NCBI RefSeq assembly: GCF_007748075.1
Contig: NZ_CP036280.1
Span: 750,001 to 782,000 of the forward strand
DNA length: 32,000 nt
Source: Mucisphaera calidilacus
Lineage (GTDB): Bacteria > Planctomycetota > Phycisphaerae > Phycisphaerales > Phycisphaeraceae
Direction of reading: 5' to 3'
This document shows, piece after piece, positions 25,145 through 32,000 of the stretch. Made by a program: the position numbers and the translations under genes. Position 1 is the first letter of the stretch; each line of letters begins with the position of its first letter. The notes beneath the pieces were generated by a model. The model was not told where the DNA came from. It made no database searches and saw only the letters and a program-made list of their open reading frames with translations.

Positions 25145-27223
25145 ATGACCACCTACACCACTGCGCAAATCAGGAATATCGTTCTGCTGGGCCAGCAAGG
25201 CTCCGGCAAGACCACGCTCGCCGAGTCGTTGTTGTTTTCGGCGGGTGCGATTGGTCGTGTCGGAGCGGTTCAGGACGGCAACACGGTGAGTGACTTCACG
25301 GACGAGGAGAAGGAGCACGGCCACAGTTTGTTCGCGACGCTGGTGAGTGCGGACCACGACGGTGTGCACCTGAATCTGCTGGACACGCCCGGTTCGCCTG
25401 ACTTCATGGGGCAGGCGATCAGTGCGTTGCCGGCGGCGGACACGGCGGCGTTGGTGTTAGACGCGGGCGAGCCGATCGGTTCGGTCTCGCGTCGCCTGAT
25501 GGCGATGGCGGAGGAGCAGCGACTCTGCCGGATGGTCATCATCAACAAGATCGACCACGCGCCGGAGGGCCTCGCGTCGGTGCTTGAGCAGGTTCAGAAG
25601 GTGTTCGGCAAGCGTTGCCTGCCGATGAACCTCCCTGCCGAGGGCGGGAAGAAGGTGGTTGACTGTTTCTTTGAGACGGAGGGTGAGAGCGATCTGGGCC
25701 CGGTCGAGGATGCGCACACGGCGATCATCGACCAGGTGGTGGAGATCGACGAGGACCTGATGTCGGTTTATCTGGAGCAGGGGCACGTGAAGCCCGAGCA
25801 GCTGCACGACGCGTTCGAGCAGGCGCTGCGTGAGGGTCACCTGGTGCCGGTCTGCTTTGTTGCGGCGCGTCCGCACGAGGACCACGAGAACCCGGTGGGC
25901 GTCAAGGAACTGGTGCGTGTGCTGGAGAAGCTCGCGCCGAGCCCGATCGAGGGCAACCCTCGGCCGTTCTTGCGTGGCGACGACACGGATCACGAGATCT
26001 TCGCGGACCACGATCCCGAGAAACACGTTCTCGCGCACGTCTTCCAGGTGCGCATCGACCCGTTCGTGGGCAAGATCTGCCTGTTCCGGGTGCACCAGGG
26101 GACGGTGACGGGTCAGAGTCAGCTGTTCATCGGTGACCCGAAGACGGGTGAGAGTAAGAAGCCGTTCAAGATCGGGCACCTGCAGAAGGTCCAGGGCTCG
26201 AAGCACTCGGAGATCGAGCAGGCGATCCCGGGCGACCTGGTCGCGGTGGCGAAGATCGAGGACATCCACTTTGATGCGGTCTTGCACGACTCGCACGACG
26301 AGGACCGGCTGCACCTGCGTCCGCTGCGATTCCCCGAGCCGCTGACGGGTCTTGCGGTCTCGCCGAAGAAGCGTGGCGACGAGCAGAAGATCGGCGATGC
26401 GCTCTCGAAGCTGCAGGAGGAGGACCCGACGTTCACGGTGACGCGTGACGCGACGACGCACGAGACGGTGATTCACGGTCTGGGCGAGTTGCAGCTGCGT
26501 GTGGTGCTCGAGGAGCTGAAGAACCGTTACAACGTCGAGGTGGACACGAAGACGCCTCGGATCGCGTATCGCGAGACGATCTCGTCGAAGGCGGAGGGTC
26601 ATCACCGTCACAAGAAACAGACGGGCGGCGCGGGTCAGTTCGGCGAGGTCTTTCTGCGGATCGAGCCACTGGAGCGTGGGACGGGCTTCGAGTTTGTGAA
26701 TGACACGTTTGGCGGTTCGATCCCGCATCAGTTCCTGCCCGCGATCGAGAAGGGCATCCGTCAGGCGCTCGAAGAGGGTGTAGTGGCGGGGTATCCGATG
26801 CAGGACATCCGCGTGAGCGTTTATGACGGCAAGCATCACCCGGTGGACTCGAAGGAAGTGGCGTTTATCACCGCGGGCAAGCGTGCGTTTGCCGAGGCGG
26901 TGGCGAACGCTTCGCCGGTGCTGCTCGAACCGATGGTTGATGTCGAGGTGACGGCGCCGGAGGGTTACCTGGGCGACATTACCGGTGATTTATCGTCGAA
27001 ACGCGGTCGTGTGCAGGGCACGGACATGGTGGGTTCGGGTCAGATGTGCATCAGCGCGTTGGTGCCGTTGGCCGAGGTTGCGAACTACCAGAGTGAGTTG
27101 CGCAGCATGACCGGCGGGCAGGGCAGCTACACGATGAGCATGAGCCATTACGACCCGATGCCTGCACACGTGCAGGAGAAGGTTGCCGCGGAAAGTCAGA
27201 AAGAATTGGTTGAAGCGGGTTGA
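25145..27223 (+). CDS. Elongation factor G paralogue, EF-G2 (EFG-II) type
   Basis: G1 is GQQGSGKTT, G3 is DTPG and G4 is NKID. The EF-G domain IV/V region is HHRHKKQTGGAGQFGEV...AFITAG. ATG 25145 is preceded by aggag (25134-25138). It is not in a str-operon context. Confidence 0.85.
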   Translation: MTTYTTAQIRNIVLLGQQGSGKTTLAESLLFSAGAIGRVGAVQDGNTVSDFTDEEKEHGHSLFATLVSADHDGVHLNLLDTPGSPDFMGQAISALPAADTAALVLDAGEPIGSVSRRLMAMAEEQRLCRMVIINKIDHAPEGLASVLEQVQKVFGKRCLPMNLPAEGGKKVVDCFFETEGESDLGPVEDAHTAIIDQVVEIDEDLMSVYLEQGHVKPEQLHDAFEQALREGHLVPVCFVAARPHEDHENPVGVKELVRVLEKLAPSPIEGNPRPFLRGDDTDHEIFADHDPEKHVLAHVFQVRIDPFVGKICLFRVHQGTVTGQSQLFIGDPKTGESKKPFKIGHLQKVQGSKHSEIEQAIPGDLVAVAKIEDIHFDAVLHDSHDEDRLHLRPLRFPEPLTGLAVSPKKRGDEQKIGDALSKLQEEDPTFTVTRDATTHETVIHGLGELQLRVVLEELKNRYNVEVDTKTPRIAYRETISSKAEGHHRHKKQTGGAGQFGEVFLRIEPLERGTGFEFVNDTFGGSIPHQFLPAIEKGIRQALEEGVVAGYPMQDIRVSVYDGKHHPVDSKEVAFITAGKRAFAEAVANASPVLLEPMVDVEVTAPEGYLGDITGDLSSKRGRVQGTDMVGSGQMCISALVPLAEVANYQSELRSMTGGQGSYTMSMSHYDPMPAHVQEKVAAESQKELVEAG

Positions 27224-27388
27224 TTCGCGAAGCTCAACACGTTGAGATGTATTTTGTCGCGTGTTAAGACGCGTAAAGCTCAAGCGGTTGCGTATGTGCA
27301 ACCGATGTTTGAAGCGTGTTCGCATCAAAGTGATGCGATTGACCTACAGGCAGTGGCATCGTCTGAAGCCGCACGAAAGGGAACATCC

Positions 27389-27709
27389 ATGGCGAAGAAG
27401 GCTGCAAAGAAGAAAGCCAAGAAGAAGGTCGCGAAGAAGAAAGTGGCCAAGCGTGTTGTGAAGAAGGCAGCGAAGCGCGTCGCGAAGAAGGCAACCAAGA
27501 AGGTTGCGAAGAAGCGCGTTGCCAAGAAGGTTGCCAAGAAGAAGGTCGCGAAGAAGCGCGTTGCCAAGAAGAAGGTCGCCAAGAAGAAGGTGGCCAAGAA
27601 GAAGGTCGCTAAGAAGAAGGTTGCCAAGAAGAAGGTTGCCAAGAAGAAGGTCGCCAAGAAGAAGGTGGCTAAGAAGAAGGTTGCCAAGAAGCGAGTCGCA
27701 CGGCGTTGA
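27389..27709 (+). CDS. Lysine/alanine-rich histone H1-like (Hc-like) nucleoid protein
   Basis: 106 aa composed almost entirely of K, A and V: MAKKAAKKKAKKKVAKKKVAKRVVKK...(VAKKK)n. ATG at 27389-27391. A terminator lies downstream. Confidence 0.7.
   Translation: MAKKAAKKKAKKKVAKKKVAKRVVKKAAKRVAKKATKKVAKKRVAKKVAKKKVAKKRVAKKKVAKKKVAKKKVAKKKVAKKKVAKKKVAKKKVAKKKVAKKRVARR
27560..27694 (+). repeat. Nine tandem 15-nt units gtNgcYaagaagaag encoding VAKKK
   Basis: Read directly. The units differ only at synonymous wobble positions (gtt/gtc/gtg, gcc/gct), apart from the last unit (aagcga). Confidence 0.9.
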
Positions 27710-27823
27710 TACCGGGCCGCTCCGGCGGCCTGAGCGTGATTGACCCTCACTTTTCCACTTAATCTTTGCCTGAGGCCCTCGCTGTGGCGGGGGAAGCACG
27801 GAACCAGCTAAACGACGATGCCT

Positions 27824-27849
27824 GGCGGCCCCTCGGGGCCGCCTTTTTT
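27824..27849 (+). terminator. Rho-independent terminator
   Basis: ggcggcccc-tc-ggggccgcc is a perfect 9-bp stem, followed by tttttt. Confidence 0.8.
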
Positions 27850-27885
27850 ATGGGGTCTGGGGCCTGATCGGACGTAGCCGGGGTT

Positions 27886-29043
27886 TCAGGAGGCGATGGC
27901 CTGGAGGACGGCGTCGGCGGCGAGGTCTTTGAATCGCTGGTTGCCGAAGGCCTCGTGCACGCGTGTGTAGAGCTGGCGTTGCTGCGCGACGGCTTCGGGG
28001 TTGGTGAGGAGGTTGCGTACGGCGTCGGCGACGGGTTCGGGGCGTCCGAAGTGGGGGATGAACTCGGGGACGACGCGTCCCTCGCCAAGCCACTCGCTGA
28101 TGAGGTTGGGGAGTGAGTAGGTGCGTGTGGTGGTGAGGAAGCGTCCGATGAAGAGCCAGGTGAGGTAGCGGACGTTGTAGAGCACGACGGTGGGGGTGCT
28201 GTGGCCGAGCGCTTCGAGGGTGGCGGTGCCGGAGACGATGAGTGCGGCGTCGGCCCAGTCGTAGACGGCGTCGGCGTGTCCGACGATGATGTCGGCGCAG
28301 TGATCGAGCGAGGCGGTGGCGGGGTGCTGGCGGATCTGCTTTTCGCGTCGCTCGTCGCTGGCGGGGATGACCACGTGGAGGTCCGGGAACTGTTGATGCA
28401 GCGTGCGGGCGACGCGTGTCATGGTTTCCCAGTTGAAGGCGACCTCAGCGGAGCGCGAGCCGGGCAGGAGGGCCAGTCGTTTGCCGGCGGGCTTGCTCAG
28501 GCAGTCGTGCGGCGTGGGCGGATCGTCGTTGATGCGGTCGAAGAGCGGGTGCCCGACGAAGGTGGCGGGCACGTCGCGTGCCTGGAACCAGTCGGGCTCG
28601 AAGGGCAGGAGACAGAGGACGCGGTCGGTCAGTCGGCGAAGCTTGTTGACGCGCCAGCGACCCCATGCCCAGAGCTGTGGTGCGACGAGGTGAATAATGC
28701 GTGCGTCGGGGAGCAGGTCGCGTGTGGCCTGGCAGACGTCCCAGTTGGCGGCGGGGCTGTCGATGGGGATGACGGCGTCGACGGGGTTCTGTTCGAGGTA
28801 GGCGCGGAGACGCTGGATGCGTCGTCGGTGGTCGACGACCTTGCGTGCCGCGTCGAGGAGCATGGCGGGGTCGTCGGTGGTCTGCTCGATGATCTCGCAG
28901 CCGGCTTCCTGGAGTCGTGGTCCGCCGAGGGCTTTGAAGCGGATATCGGGTTGTCGTCGTCGCAGTGCCTTGACGAGGCTGGCGCCGAGGATGTCGCCTG
29001 ACGGCTCGAAGGCGGTGAGCAGGATGACGGGGGATGCGGGCAT
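27886..29043 (-). CDS. lpxB: Lipid-A-disaccharide synthase
   Basis: MPASPVILLTAFEPSGDILGASLVKALRRRQPDIRFKALGGPRLQEAGCE, VAPQLWAWGRWR, LLPFEPDWF, LLPGSRSAEV, SGTATLE and SLPNLI parallel E. coli LpxB. ATG at 29041-29043; the upstream part of the track ORF runs through a tRNA. Confidence 0.9.
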   Translation of the reverse strand: MPASPVILLTAFEPSGDILGASLVKALRRRQPDIRFKALGGPRLQEAGCEIIEQTTDDPAMLLDAARKVVDHRRRIQRLRAYLEQNPVDAVIPIDSPAANWDVCQATRDLLPDARIIHLVAPQLWAWGRWRVNKLRRLTDRVLCLLPFEPDWFQARDVPATFVGHPLFDRINDDPPTPHDCLSKPAGKRLALLPGSRSAEVAFNWETMTRVARTLHQQFPDLHVVIPASDERREKQIRQHPATASLDHCADIIVGHADAVYDWADAALIVSGTATLEALGHSTPTVVLYNVRYLTWLFIGRFLTTTRTYSLPNLISEWLGEGRVVPEFIPHFGRPEPVADAVRNLLTNPEAVAQQRQLYTRVHEAFGNQRFKDLAADAVLQAIAS

Positions 29044-29075
29044 GACGTTCCTGGCCGCGCGACGGGGTTGACCAA

Positions 29076-29159
29076 TACCGGAGGTGGGACTCGAACCCAC
29101 AAGCCCTTGCGGGCAACGGATTTTGAATCCGTCGCGTCTGCCAATTCCGCCACTCCGGC
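29076..29159 (-). tRNA. tRNA-Leu (anticodon CAA), class II, no encoded CCA
   Basis: The reverse complement folds as GCCGGAG-TG-GCG..CGC-ACGGA-TTCAAAA-TCCGT, then the variable arm TGCCCGCAAGGGCT, then GTGGG-TTCGAGT-CCCAC-CTCCGGT-A. The anticodon loop gives CAA. Confidence 0.88.
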
Positions 29160-29257
29160 GTGCGGGGATGATTGTAGAGCACATCGTCAGCTTTGACAGC
29201 CCGTTGTAAACGGTGCGTGACGTGCGAGGTGTCGGGATGGCGTAGTATGGCGAGCGT

Positions 29258-30553
29258 ATGAGCGAACCGATGCCCGACCAGCCCGGATCTCTGCGTGCCT
29301 CGCCTCTCTGGCAGGTGCTCAAGGTGACGCGGCAGTTGCTGCTGCCGATCGATCTCGACACGGTGCTGCGTCAGGTGATCGACGTGGCCTGCGCGGTGCA
29401 TGACGCCGACCGGGCGTCGGTGTTTCTCTACGACGCGTCCACGCGTGAGTTGTACGCCCGGGTGGCGAAGGGTGCGGACGAGATCCGCTTCTCGATCGAG
29501 CACGGCATCGCGGGGCACGCGTTGCGTGAGCGTGAGATCGTGAACGTCCCGGATTGCTACAGCGACGAGCGGTTCAACAAGGACGTCGACAAGGCGACCA
29601 GCTACCGGACAAACAACCTGCTGACCGTGCCGCTGATCGGCGACGGCGACGTGCCGGTGGGCGTGTTGCAGGTGCTCAACAAGCGTGGCGGCCCGTTTGG
29701 TGTGGTGGACGAGGAACTGGCGGACGTGCTCTCGACGCAGTGTGCCGCGGCGGTGCAGCGGGCGATGCTCATCGAAGACCGTTTGATGCGTCAGAAGCTC
29801 GAGCGTGACCTTGATATCGCCAGCGACATTCAGCGACGGACGATGCCCGAGGAGGTGCCTCAGATCGCGGGTTACGAGATTCTCGGCTGGAGCCTGCCGG
29901 CGGAGCAGACGGGTGGCGATGCTTACGACGTGGCGGAGTTGCAGGGCGGGCGGATGGCGCTGCTGCTGGGTGACGCGACGGGGCACGGGATCGGTCCGGC
30001 GTTGAGCGTGACGCAGGTGCGTAGCATGTTGCGGCTGTCGCTTCGTCTGGATGCGCCGCTGGATCGCCTGGTGGAGCAGATCAATGCGCAGGTGATGGAA
30101 GACCTGCCGGCGGAGCGGTTCGTGACGGCGTTCTTCGGGGTGTTGGACGCGGGCCGGCACGAGGTGGCCTATCACGCCCCGGGTCAGGCGCCGATCCTGC
30201 ACTACAAGGCATCCGAGGACGCTTTTGAGCGGTTTGACGCGACGACCTTCCCGCTGGGCATTCTTGAGGAGATCGAGTTGGAGGCGCGGAGTTCGATCGC
30301 GTTGGCGCCGGGCGACGTGCTGGCGGTGATCAGCGACGGCGTGTTTGAGTATCAGAACGAGACGGGGCGACAGTTCGGCACTGATCGCACGGAGAACGCG
30401 ATCCGCAAAGGACACGCTGACGGGTGTCCGGGGATGCTGGCCGCGATCCGCGAAGACGTGTCGGCGTACGCTGACGGAGCGGTCCAGAATGATGACATGA
30501 CGGTGCTGCTGGTTCGTCGGCGGGCCGATGGTGAGTTGGAAAGCGAGTCCTGA
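29258..30553 (+). CDS. GAF-domain-containing PP2C/SpoIIE-family serine phosphatase (RsbU-like)
   Basis: The N-terminal GAF pattern is LDTVLRQVIDVACAVHDADRASVFLYD...GIAGHAL...NVPD...TNNLLTVPL. The C-terminal PP2C/SpoIIE pattern is IQRRTMP...GGDAYDV...LLLGDATGHGIGPAL...DGVFE...NDDMTVLLV. Confidence 0.85.
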   Translation: MSEPMPDQPGSLRASPLWQVLKVTRQLLLPIDLDTVLRQVIDVACAVHDADRASVFLYDASTRELYARVAKGADEIRFSIEHGIAGHALREREIVNVPDCYSDERFNKDVDKATSYRTNNLLTVPLIGDGDVPVGVLQVLNKRGGPFGVVDEELADVLSTQCAAAVQRAMLIEDRLMRQKLERDLDIASDIQRRTMPEEVPQIAGYEILGWSLPAEQTGGDAYDVAELQGGRMALLLGDATGHGIGPALSVTQVRSMLRLSLRLDAPLDRLVEQINAQVMEDLPAERFVTAFFGVLDAGRHEVAYHAPGQAPILHYKASEDAFERFDATTFPLGILEEIELEARSSIALAPGDVLAVISDGVFEYQNETGRQFGTDRTENAIRKGHADGCPGMLAAIREDVSAYADGAVQNDDMTVLLVRRRADGELESES

Positions 30554-30557
30554 AGCG

Positions 30558-31361
30558 ATGGCGTATCTCTCTGCGGTTGTCCCGTTCGGCTACAGCGATT
30601 TCACGGGTGAGGGGTTGTTGAAGCTCTACAAGCGGCTCGGCTGCGAGACGATTCAGGTGCAGCGGCACCCCGAGAAGGACCCGCCTGCTGCGGAACTACG
30701 GCAGAAGACCGAGGACGCGGGTTTGCGTGTTGATTCGTTGCACGGGCGATTCGGGGTCGATCTTGATCCCTCTTCACCGAGCGCGTCGATGCGTGCCGAG
30801 ACGATGCGTGTGGCCATCGAAGACGCGGCTTACTGCGCAGCGCTCGGGGGTGAGTGCGTGGTGTTGCATCCGTCGACGAGCGGCACCGTGACCGGTTCGA
30901 ATGCGCGTCAGTCACGGCTGGTGGAGTTTCTCGGCGAATTGGAGGGTCCGGCGCGGGACCATGGCGTGCGTTTTCTGCTGGAGAACCTGCCGCCTATTTT
31001 CCCGCTGGGGGGGCACGCGGTGGACCTGATCGAGGTGCTGGCTCAGATCAGGAGTGACCGGTACGGCCTGATTCTGGACACCGGCCACGCGAACATGGCG
31101 GAGAACCCGAAACTGCAGTTCGACACGATGTTTGAAGGCGGTTTATCGGCCATGCACGTGCATGACAACAAGGGAGTGCTGGACAATCACCTGTGGCCCG
31201 GCGAGGGGACGGTGGACTGGAAGCAGGTATCTTCGCGGATCGACGAGCTGGGTGATATTCCGTTGGCGTTGGAGGTCTTTCCGATGGAGGCTCAGCTCGA
31301 AGCACGGATCGAGGCGGGTGCCGGCGACGCGGTGCGTCGTCTGCTGGGGCTGGATTCCTGA
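30558..31361 (+). CDS. Sugar phosphate isomerase/epimerase (xylose-isomerase-like TIM barrel)
   Basis: CVVLHPS, LLENLP, LDTGHAN and HVHDNKGVLDNHLWPGEGTVDW are typical of the AP_endonuc_2/TIM-barrel family. ATG 30558; the track start at 30528 overlaps the upstream gene. Confidence 0.75.
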   Translation: MAYLSAVVPFGYSDFTGEGLLKLYKRLGCETIQVQRHPEKDPPAAELRQKTEDAGLRVDSLHGRFGVDLDPSSPSASMRAETMRVAIEDAAYCAALGGECVVLHPSTSGTVTGSNARQSRLVEFLGELEGPARDHGVRFLLENLPPIFPLGGHAVDLIEVLAQIRSDRYGLILDTGHANMAENPKLQFDTMFEGGLSAMHVHDNKGVLDNHLWPGEGTVDWKQVSSRIDELGDIPLALEVFPMEAQLEARIEAGAGDAVRRLLGLDS

Positions 31362-31478
31362 CCGGCATCCGGTTTGTGCTGTTAACTTGGGTTAGCTCCT
31401 GATAGGATATAACTCAAAGTCAGCAAGGCGGTTGTCGGCTTGCTGCATCGTGTGACCGACGGATCGAGCAGGCCGCGT

Positions 31479-32000
31479 ATGGGGTGCGTTCCTCTGAAAT
31501 TGATTCGACCGAGCACAGCGCACTTACTGGCTGTTTTGTGTCTGGGGGTGAGTTCGCCGACGCTGGGCCAGCCCGTGGCATCGGGTGTGGAATCGAGCAC
31601 TTCGGTGGAGATGGCCGCGATGCGCTTGCCCGAGGGGCAGGCCGTGGTGGCATCGGAACTGGACGGGCCGGCTTTCCCGGTGGGGCGTCTACGGTTGAAG
31701 TATGCGGAGACGCATCCCCAGCAGCCGGGGCTTGAGGTGTTGATGTCGTCTGAGGTTCGGCTAACGCCGACGCCTACTGGCTACGTGGCGGAGCGCGAGG
31801 GCGCACCGGTCGAGGTGCTGGCCCTGTCGTCGATCGGTCATGACGGCACGCGGCTGTTTCATGCCTCGGCGATCCAGATGATCAGCCGTTCGATCGCGGC
31901 GGGTCTGAACGAGCGTGGGCTGGTGGGTGTCTTCGTGGCGCCGGACCCGATCGAGATCGACGTGTATGGCGTCGATCAGCGGGTCGAGGGTGATGACGGG
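31479..32000 (+). CDS. Secreted hypothetical protein (3' partial, runs off window end)
   Basis: The frame is open from ATG 31479 to the window end, so with no stop it is absent from the track. Signal-peptide-like N-terminus MGCVPLKLIRPSTAHLLAVLCLGVSSPTLGQP. GC-rich third positions. Confidence 0.5.
   Translation, partial: MGCVPLKLIRPSTAHLLAVLCLGVSSPTLGQPVASGVESSTSVEMAAMRLPEGQAVVASELDGPAFPVGRLRLKYAETHPQQPGLEVLMSSEVRLTPTPTGYVAEREGAPVEVLALSSIGHDGTRLFHASAIQMISRSIAAGLNERGLVGVFVAPDPIEIDVYGVDQRVEGDDG

Noticed and set aside
25457-26839. 460-aa minus-strand ORF inside the EF-G gene
   Set aside because: It is an Arg/Leu/His-rich antisense artefact. The plus frame has all the GTPase and EF-G motifs.
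27389-27709. Regular short repeats that might be mistaken for a CRISPR array or a non-coding satellite
   Set aside because: The period is 15 nt with no spacers, and it is in frame with a start codon, a stop and a terminator. The variation is restricted to synonymous sites, so this is a coding peptide repeat.
28629-29153. 174-aa minus ORF starting MAELADATDSKSVARKGLWVRVPPP
   Set aside because: Its N-terminus is the translation of the tRNA-Leu gene and the rest is off-frame lpxB, a classic tRNA read-through artefact. The same applies to 11104-11319, which runs across tRNA-Ser.
28445-30415. 656-aa minus-strand ORF spanning lpxB, tRNA-Leu and the SpoIIE phosphatase gene
   Set aside because: It crosses a tRNA gene and two strongly supported CDSs on different strands, and its composition is Arg/Pro/His-rich.

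Overview
High-GC bacterial chromosome segment. Two 60-nt lines counted by hand gave 40/60 G+C in the backbone (10321-10380) and 28/60 in the islet described below (13381-13440). The gene content suggests a Planctomycetota-like organism, by inference only: three PEP-CTERM proteins with dockerin/EF-hand-like repeats, a lysine-rich histone-H1-like protein, a GAF-SpoIIE phosphatase and many Arg/Pro-rich phantom ORFs. The backbone carries a NupC-type transporter, SprT-like protease, LysM lipoprotein, queA, tatC, truB, tRNA-Ser(GGA), an FAD oxidoreductase with a coupled membrane protein, a Gfo/Idh/MocA oxidoreductase and a SAM methyltransferase. It also carries a receiver-domain gene followed by groES-groEL, a GT2 glycosyltransferase, an EF-G2-type paralogue, lpxB, tRNA-Leu(CAA), a GAF-PP2C phosphatase and a sugar-phosphate isomerase. 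The stand-out is an AT-richer islet of about 4.6 kb (about 11.29-15.96 kb) directly 3' of tRNA-Ser, with no integrase. It has a 790-nt ORF-poor leader and only two translationally coupled genes. One is an amino-methyltransferase (DPFCGSGT ... SPPY). The other is an 845-aa fusion of a GHKL (MutL/MORC-like) ATPase head with a C-terminal PD-(D/E)xK nuclease core. I read this as a candidate uncharacterised ATP-gated restriction/defence module. Secondary observations are a RAYT/IS200-like HUH gene next to a REPIN-like inverted hairpin doublet with a compensatory base-pair flip, and an exact sigma-54 -24/-12 core in front of the receiver-groES-groEL cluster. A 15-nt tandem array encodes (VAKKK)n with synonymous wobble variation, and near-identical dockerin/PEP-CTERM cassettes recur in several genes. 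No CRISPR array or rRNA was seen. All domain calls come from motif reading by eye, with no searches run.
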